Shown here: positions 58,244 through 64,000 of the stretch, piece by piece
Position numbering within the stretch: position 1 is the first letter of the stretch
Layout of the letters: each line of letters begins with the position of its first letter
From: an uncultured virus (IMG/VR IMGVR_UViG_3300018083_000026)
Taxonomy: Duplodnaviria; Heunggongvirae; Uroviricota; Caudoviricetes
DNA: 64,000 nucleotides
Virus record (IMG/VR): IMGVR_UViG_3300018083_000026
Reading direction: 5' to 3' (one strand)
Position numbers and translations under genes: made by a program
The notes under the pieces: model-generated
Databases searched by the model: none
Seen by the model: the letters and a program-made list of their open reading frames with translations, nothing else
Told to the model about the DNA's origin: nothing

Positions 58244-60489
58244 TGTTGGCCCCTCCGCAGTCCAAAGGTGGACTCCATAGAGCGAGTGACATCGCCACGG
58301 CCATCGCGTATCTCCGAACTGAGCTCATTCTTAACCCGCTTGATCATTACTTCGATCACCCGCTCGCCGCCCTCGTTCCGCTCTTTAACTTCCGGCTTGG
58401 CGTCGGTATAATTGTTAATAACGATCCGCACATTACCTCCGCTGCCTCCGCCTAAGGCATCGTTAGGGATGATGTTGCCGCCGCGCGAGGGCACAAACAT
58501 TTCTGGCCCCTTCTCTCCTACCAAGAAAGCTTTGTCACTAGTTACGGGACCACCTAACACCTTCTCTCCTCCGAACTCTAGCTTCACTGCCTGAATGGAA
58601 GAAACAATAGTGGCCGTAGCTGCTATCACAGATCCCATCGCCACAATGTTCGCAGGGTAGGGCAAGTATAAAGCACTCGTAATACCTTGGAGGATCTTAA
58701 CCGTGGCGTCTGCCACAGCGAAAGCTTTCGACATGGCGAATATCGTTTTGTAGGCTGCCGACTGTTCGCCGCCAAACGCCTTCGCCATGCCCGCCATGTC
58801 ATCGAACATTTTCGAGGAGGCGCTTAAGGCAACTTCCGCCGCAGCCAACTGAAGCGCCTTGAGATCCCGGTTGCCCTTCTCGATAGCAGCATTCCTCGCG
58901 TCGATTGTTTCCTGATTTAGTGTTTTCTCCCGAACCCCGGCGTCTTGCAGGAACGCCAGCCGGTCCTCGATCATCTGCTTCTCTTTTTCGAACTGGCTTG
59001 CTTGGGCAACTAAGGGGTCGGCGCCCAATCCAGTCATGGGTTGCTTGCCTGTTCCTTTCAATTGCTCCATCAAGCCACCGGAAATTCCCAACTCCTGGGC
59101 GGATTGAGGAGTCAACCCCATGTTTTCCAACCGACTCTTGCCTCCTCCCATCGCACTTAAAGCCGCCATCATCTTCTGCGAATTGCCTATGATGTCTTGC
59201 GTATCCTTGGCAACCGCATCCTTTATCTCCTTCGACCTAACCTTAATAGGCTCCATTATCTTGGCGCCCTTGTTAGCCCAATCCTCCCACTGTTTGAGGA
59301 TGTCGTCAGCGGCGCCCTTCGTCAGTTCAATTACTACCCCGCCCGTCCGGTCCACCGAGTCTGTTACAATCTTACTGGATTGTGCGACGCCCTGGGCAAT
59401 GGCGCCGGAAACATCTCCCCAGCCTTTGGCTACTGTCCTCCCTATATCTGCTACTCCTATACCAACCGTCGCGAAGTCTTGGGTTAACAGAGCCTTCATG
59501 ACTCCACCCACCTGGCCTACTAAACTTCCCAGGTCCCCTAACCCTGTCATGATATTCTTTAGAACCTTCCACCAAACCCCTATCAGCTGAATCACAGCAT
59601 CAATCCCGTTCCGAAAGACTTCGAGTTCGACAGTTACATTAGTGGCAATGATTGTAGCCACTGACCGCAATACCGTCCAAATAGTCAAGAGCCCTAGCCG
59701 GAGTATGTTCACCACATCAGCCATAGTTTGGAACCCGGCGATAATTCCATCGGCCACAATCCGCGCGTGGTCCCCTTCCTTAGCCCACTCTATAAATCTT
59801 TCCGTCAACTCTATCCACACCGGCAAGAGCTGTTCCGCCACCATGTTAAATATGCCACTAAACATGGTGTGAATACGCTTCAGGTTGTCGTTGAACGTCT
59901 GGGCGTTGGCAGTAAATTCCTTACTGATAACGGCGCCAAACTGTTTAGCCTCGTCCATCTGTTCGCGAATTGCTTTGCTGCCCTGGTTGAGGAAGGGCAG
60001 CATCTCTGCCCCTGCACGTCCAAACCGTTCGTAGGCCATCCGCAACTTGGCAGACTCGTCCGTCGTAGCCGCGAAGGCGTCTGCCTGCTGGATAATTGAC
60101 TCAGTGAGATTTTTGGAGTGCTCGCCCTGCTCGTCTAAGAACTTAGAGAGGAATTTAGTCGACTGGACCAGCTCCTGCGTGCTCATGTCCGCCAGCCCGG
60201 CGGAGTAAGACAAGGCTGAAAACGCTTCCACCGTTTGCCCAGCCTTCTGCGCCATCTTCCCCATCTCATCGGCCGCGTTAATAGCCTCCTTGGTAAGCTT
60301 GAGAGAGATAGCTGCCGCTGCCGCTACCACCGCCGCGGCAATCCCTCCCACCGCGATAGCCATGGTGTCCGAAGCCTTCGCCACGCTCGTCTTTGCCAAG
60401 TTCATCCCCTTGACAAGCTCTACTGAGTTAGCCGTCAGCTTGACGTAGAGAGTTCCTAAGTCTCCAGCGCCTTCAAAGGGTGCAGGCAT
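58240..60489 (-). CDS. Tail tape measure protein
   Basis: LGTLYVKL, FGRAGAEMLPFL, GGPV....LVGEKGPE. Confidence 0.92.
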   Translation of the reverse strand: MPAPFEGAGDLGTLYVKLTANSVELVKGMNLAKTSVAKASDTMAIAVGGIAAAVVAAAAAISLKLTKEAINAADEMGKMAQKAGQTVEAFSALSYSAGLADMSTQELVQSTKFLSKFLDEQGEHSKNLTESIIQQADAFAATTDESAKLRMAYERFGRAGAEMLPFLNQGSKAIREQMDEAKQFGAVISKEFTANAQTFNDNLKRIHTMFSGIFNMVAEQLLPVWIELTERFIEWAKEGDHARIVADGIIAGFQTMADVVNILRLGLLTIWTVLRSVATIIATNVTVELEVFRNGIDAVIQLIGVWWKVLKNIMTGLGDLGSLVGQVGGVMKALLTQDFATVGIGVADIGRTVAKGWGDVSGAIAQGVAQSSKIVTDSVDRTGGVVIELTKGAADDILKQWEDWANKGAKIMEPIKVRSKEIKDAVAKDTQDIIGNSQKMMAALSAMGGGKSRLENMGLTPQSAQELGISGGLMEQLKGTGKQPMTGLGADPLVAQASQFEKEKQMIEDRLAFLQDAGVREKTLNQETIDARNAAIEKGNRDLKALQLAAAEVALSASSKMFDDMAGMAKAFGGEQSAAYKTIFAMSKAFAVADATVKILQGITSALYLPYPANIVAMGSVIAATATIVSSIQAVKLEFGGEKVLGGPVTSDKAFLVGEKGPEMFVPSRGGNIIPNDALGGGSGGNVRIVINNYTDAKPEVKERNEGGERVIEVMIKRVKNELSSEIRDGRGDVTRSMESTFGLRRGQQ

Positions 60490-60492
60490 AGG

Positions 60493-60819
60493 TCAGCTGC
60501 CTCCTATCTTCATGTTAAGGGACCGCATCCAAGCAGACTTAGATTTAGAGGGCGGTTTCTCAACCTTAGTTGGGGCATCAGTTTTATTCATTAAGAAATC
60601 TTTCGTCTTAACCGACTTGGGATTCTTTACCAGGCCCCGCCTAATCTCCGCAGCGATCTGCGCCAAGTAAATATCCTGCTTCGTGTTTCGTTCTTCCTCG
60701 CGCCGGAGGAATGTCAACCAGTCAATGAACTCGCTGTAGGTTATCCGAGCCCTTAGCTCAGCCACTGAATAACCTAGGTGAGAAGCTACTTGGAACCAAC
60801 CCAGCTTCTCACCCGTCAT
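60493..60819 (-). CDS. Tail assembly chaperone, frameshift-extended part (T-like)
   Basis: LG.SV.EL.....SEF..W; -1 frame of upstream chaperone. Confidence 0.75.
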   Translation of the reverse strand: MTGEKLGWFQVASHLGYSVAELRARITYSEFIDWLTFLRREEERNTKQDIYLAQIAAEIRRGLVKNPKSVKTKDFLMNKTDAPTKVEKPPSKSKSAWMRSLNMKIGGS

Positions 60820-61187
60820 CCGTTTTTTGATTCAGCTACCGCTTTCTTCTCTGCGACTGCCGTCAGATGGTTTAGCTTTTGAGCTTCCTCAAATAAGGAG
60901 GCTACGACTGATGCTGGCCACCCTTGAATAGTTTCCCGGGTAACCTTGCTTCCATCTACCCGCAAGAAAAGGCAGCGGGAAACCAAATCCGCTTGCAGTC
61001 CATCGAACTTCGTGACTCCGCCCGGCTTGCCGTCCTTGTCCATCTGCACGCGGTCTCCAAGCGTATCCAGATAGGCATCCCGGACGGCTGCCGTCATTTC
61101 GCGAAGCTCGTAGTCTTGTGATTTTCCGTTCCCACCTTCCAACGCTACTGGGATGGTGGAGGCTACTAAGGTGAATTTCAGAGCCAT
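60816..61187 (-). CDS. Tail assembly chaperone (G-like)
   Basis: Between major tail gene and TMP; ends ESKNG. Confidence 0.75.
   Translation of the reverse strand: MALKFTLVASTIPVALEGGNGKSQDYELREMTAAVRDAYLDTLGDRVQMDKDGKPGGVTKFDGLQADLVSRCLFLRVDGSKVTRETIQGWPASVVASLFEEAQKLNHLTAVAEKKAVAESKNG
60822..60828 (-). other. Programmed -1 frameshift site A AAA AAC
   Basis: TCA AAA AAC GGA TGA; -1 slip reads AAA AAA CGG ATG ACG into the next ORF. Confidence 0.75.
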
Positions 61188-61193
61188 AAAATT

Positions 61194-61640
61194 TTAGCTC
61201 TCCACCGCTTCGGCGTAGACGGGAGCCACTTCTTCCCCTAGGAGGTTTCGCATTCCTGTTTGAATGCTAAGTTTGGCCGTCGGCTGCTCGCCTTCCGTAT
61301 GGGTTGCCGGAGTAAACTCCTCAATCCATCCGTAGAACGAAATGGTTGAGTTGTCGGGGAAGGTAACAGTGATGAGCTGGTTGACGCCTATCTGTCCCCA
61401 AACGTCATCGATGGCAATCGTGGCATAGGCCACAGTGGCGCTCACTTGCGTGAGGGATTTCAACTTGCGCGGCGCACTCGTCCTATAGGCAATGTTCCGC
61501 ATGGTTGTGGTTTCGATGGGCCCTCCCGCCGTGTAGCCCGGAGGAGTGACGTCCTTCTCATAAAGTTTGACGAGAGGGAGGTTGGCGAATGTGATAATGG
61601 TTGAGAAACCATCATCTAATCTTAATTCGTTTTCGTTCAT
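61194..61640 (-). CDS. Major tail (tube) protein
   Basis: PPG...G..IETTT, ITVTFPD. Confidence 0.75.
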   Translation of the reverse strand: MNENELRLDDGFSTIITFANLPLVKLYEKDVTPPGYTAGGPIETTTMRNIAYRTSAPRKLKSLTQVSATVAYATIAIDDVWGQIGVNQLITVTFPDNSTISFYGWIEEFTPATHTEGEQPTAKLSIQTGMRNLLGEEVAPVYAEAVES

Positions 61641-61661
61641 CTTGTTTCTTTCTTGGTTGAT

Positions 61662-62090
61662 TTAGTTACTGCTCATAGTGACCACTGCGTTAATAGTGAA
61701 GAGATGACGACGACGATCGCCTTCCTGCTCCACTCCCAATGGAATGACATCTCCGCTCCGGGATACATTGTGGAGAATGTAGCTGTTCGCGGAGTCCATT
61801 ACAACTATCGTCCGGCACTGGGCGTCGAGCGCCAAAGCAATGTCCGTCACTTTCTTTATGACGTCGATATAGCTAGACCCCCGCACTACCACCTGGACTC
61901 CGGGATGGACTATTTTCTCCCCGGTCCGCATTATCCGCCCGTTCATCTTCCCCGCCGTATCATAAATGCCTAGCGCATTGTCCGGCGTGCCGGGAAGGAA
62001 AGACACGAACACGGGCCAAGTCCCCGCTTGCTCCGTCCCTAAGTCGAGCTCGATGAGAAGCTGGCGGATGACATCGGCAGGAGAATTCAT
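61662..62090 (-). CDS. Tail terminator / minor capsid-family protein
   Basis: P.TPD....YDT.G, P.VQV.VRG. Confidence 0.7.
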   Translation of the reverse strand: MNSPADVIRQLLIELDLGTEQAGTWPVFVSFLPGTPDNALGIYDTAGKMNGRIMRTGEKIVHPGVQVVVRGSSYIDVIKKVTDIALALDAQCRTIVVMDSANSYILHNVSRSGDVIPLGVEQEGDRRRHLFTINAVVTMSSN

Positions 62091-62500
62091 ATATGCATCT
62101 CCTTAATGATATCCGCCCGCATGTCGGTATTGAGCCGGCGGACCGGCTCCTCTAGAAACTTCGACTGCCCGCGACCCTGCGGGTCCCAATACCTACCCTT
62201 GTGCGGCGGATTGCGGGGTTCACCTTTAAGCTTCATCTCCACGTTCTCGTGGACGTAGACGGCATAGGCTGCCGTATAACCCACCGTCACCGCTGTTCCA
62301 AATCCCTCGCCTTCGGAACGGGTAAAGGCCGACGCCTTAAGGACTCCGTAGTCTACAGGGACAAGGCGCTGGCTTTCCCGCTGGAGGCGGAGTCCAGCCT
62401 TCTTGAGTCCCCGAGCGCAACCTCTGCCCATCTTCTCCGATGCTTCGTGCATCCGGGCGAGAACTTCCTTGATCCCAGTGATGGCGCCAATTTCAGGCAT
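62087..62500 (-). CDS. HK97 gp10-like neck protein
   Basis: VPVDYG.LKAS, YA.YVHE, KFLE. Confidence 0.8.
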   Translation of the reverse strand: MPEIGAITGIKEVLARMHEASEKMGRGCARGLKKAGLRLQRESQRLVPVDYGVLKASAFTRSEGEGFGTAVTVGYTAAYAVYVHENVEMKLKGEPRNPPHKGRYWDPQGRGQSKFLEEPVRRLNTDMRADIIKEMHI

Positions 62501-62721
62501 TAGATCGCTGGGGTGATGTCGATGTAATACTGGTTACCCTTGATAAGAAATCCCTGGGCGACCGGATTGTCAATGGAGATGCTGAATGTAGCGCAAGGGG
62601 TAGATTTAGCGAAGGTCTTGTTCTCGTCGCTTCCTCCTGTGACAGCATACATAGACACGGTCTCCGTTGTGCCTGCCATCTTAACATCCTGCACCCACAT
62701 TTTGGCTCTTATTTGTTTCAT
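62500..62721 (-). CDS. Hypothetical protein
   Basis: RAK...EN..F...TP...I.NP. Confidence 0.6.
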   Translation of the reverse strand: MKQIRAKMWVQDVKMAGTTETVSMYAVTGGSDENKTFAKSTPCATFSISIDNPVAQGFLIKGNQYYIDITPAI

Positions 62722-63059
62722 AGGTAAGCGGTATAAAGGAACTCAGTTGCTTTCATGTTTGGGGTCTCGTCAAATCGTTGGATCTCGAAGGCGTGGACAA
62801 GCTCCGCCGGACTGTCGGGAGTTCCGGATTCCATCTCGCCTTTCATTAGCTTGTCCCCTTTCTTGAGGACCCGGTCGGGATAGACTGTGGCGTTGGACAT
62901 CTCCGTCTCTCCTACCCCGTTGCGAAACTCTGTTCCGCTGTCATCCCACCGGCAGGCAATCTCCACAGGAGCGGCGAAAGCATAGCTGCCGAATCGGTCC
63001 GGTGTAGTCCGCTCCCACCATACGGCCCGCTGCTTCCGCATTTTCTTTATAATGCTCAT
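62718..63059 (-). CDS. Head closure / head-tail joining protein
   Basis: D.FG.....PV.I.CRW; position in neck module. Confidence 0.65.
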   Translation of the reverse strand: MSIIKKMRKQRAVWWERTTPDRFGSYAFAAPVEIACRWDDSGTEFRNGVGETEMSNATVYPDRVLKKGDKLMKGEMESGTPDSPAELVHAFEIQRFDETPNMKATEFLYTAYL

Positions 63060-63805
63060 GCCGTTATTAAACCCCCGCCTAGGCCCCTGCCTTGCCCTGT
63101 CTGAGCTTGCAACGCTGCCACCCGTCCGTTTGTAGCGGAACGGGGAACACACCCAGACAGGGCTTGGGGAGGGGCCGGGGTAAGTGTCTTAATTATAGAC
63201 AGAAAGTGGGCTACAGAAATCCGTTCGAATACCGGCAGCTTGCTGGACCCGTCCGTCACATTGAGAATCCGCACATCCGGCCGGCGCTTCAAACTTTGGG
63301 CTAGTGTAGTAAATCCCCGGGTAAACCTAATGAAGGCTTCAATGTTGGGTGGCTTGAAAGCGTAGGAATGCCAATGCACCTTTCCATTCTGGGGTCCTAA
63401 GTCGTAACCCAAAAGGAAGATGCGGGTGGCTCCTAAAGTCACAGCCAAGTTGATAGCTGCGGCGCCAGTAGAATAGTTCCATCCTAAGACGTGGCCTTCG
63501 TGCAGTCCATCGCGTATCCGCTCCATCTGCCACAGCCAACTCAACTGCAAAGGCAGCAAAGTAGGAGCGCAAGTAACCACCCGCCCCTTGAATTGTTTTA
63601 GGTCTTGCTTGTTTCGCTCCCACCAGCTGGCATCGCCAAACAAACAAATCTTGACTATCTCCTCCCCTAAGTGCCAAGCATCATTGCACCCAATCACGTT
63701 GCATTGCTTTAGAATCGAGAAGTCAAATCCCGCGAGGGAAGAACCGCCACCAATAAGAAAGGCGTCCTGGTCTTTCCATTCTAAAGAAGGAGTCCAGGCT
63801 GGCAT
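63056..63805 (-). CDS. Maf/DUF115-like (sialyltransferase-fold) transferase
   Basis: IGGGSSL, IGCN, STG..AINLA..LGA.RIFLLGYD, H; start MPAW. Confidence 0.7.
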   Translation of the reverse strand: MPAWTPSLEWKDQDAFLIGGGSSLAGFDFSILKQCNVIGCNDAWHLGEEIVKICLFGDASWWERNKQDLKQFKGRVVTCAPTLLPLQLSWLWQMERIRDGLHEGHVLGWNYSTGAAAINLAVTLGATRIFLLGYDLGPQNGKVHWHSYAFKPPNIEAFIRFTRGFTTLAQSLKRRPDVRILNVTDGSSKLPVFERISVAHFLSIIKTLTPAPPQALSGCVPRSATNGRVAALQAQTGQGRGLGGGLITA

Positions 63806-63806
63806 G

Positions 63807-64000
63807 TTATTCCTCCGCCGTTGCCAGTGGTGTTCCCAGCCAGCTAACCGACAACACCTTCTTTTTCTTGAGGGTGTTAAGAGCGGCCAGACCACCCGCC
63901 GTGTCGAGCAGCATAGCAGTCTGACCGTAGTGGGAGGTGTTGAGGTTGAGAGCCACCGCACTTTGGTAAGTAACACCCACCGGACCCGCCTTCTCATTCA
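63807..64000 (-). CDS. Head-tail adaptor C-terminus (partial)
   Basis: Manual translation ...EKAGPVGVTY...NTSHYGQTAMLLDTAGGL...AEE*. Confidence 0.6.
   Translation of the reverse strand, partial: NEKAGPVGVTYQSAVALNLNTSHYGQTAMLLDTAGGLAALNTLKKKKVLSVSWLGTPLATAEE

Noticed and set aside
63806..63997. N-terminal extension of the 313-aa ORF
   Set aside because: Region encodes the adaptor C-terminus in another frame
1..64000. Stop-codon reassignment, tRNA genes, introns or inteins, lysis cassette
   Set aside because: Core genes are full length in the standard code; none recognised by eye (tRNAscan and HMM searches needed to exclude)

Overview
A 64 kb segment of a tailed dsDNA bacteriophage genome (siphovirus-like; no integrase, rRNA, tRNA or CRISPR recognised). 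On the minus strand lie the terminase, portal and head-morphogenesis genes, followed by a glycosyl/methyltransferase cluster (1-12 kb), and the neck and tail genes (49-64 kb). The major capsid gene appears to lie outside the window. On the plus strand (24.2-48.9 kb) are the replication initiator, DnaB, a 7-deazaguanine DNA-modification pathway (queD, queE, a PRTase-folE fusion, a DpdA/TGT-like gene; queC is separate at 17.9 kb), beta clamp, split UDG-exo/PolA, clamp loader, SSB, RecA, 5'-3' exonuclease, resolvase and split SbcC with SbcD. The most striking signal is regulatory. Eighteen copies of a sigma54-type GG-N10-GC motif sit mostly 12-14 nt upstream of the start codons of small accessory genes in three clusters, and each cluster is headed by an identically spaced upstream element. 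A second motif, GATAAT-N6-ATG, precedes other genes, and the phage encodes its own sigma-like factor. All calls come from reading motifs by eye; no database searches were run.
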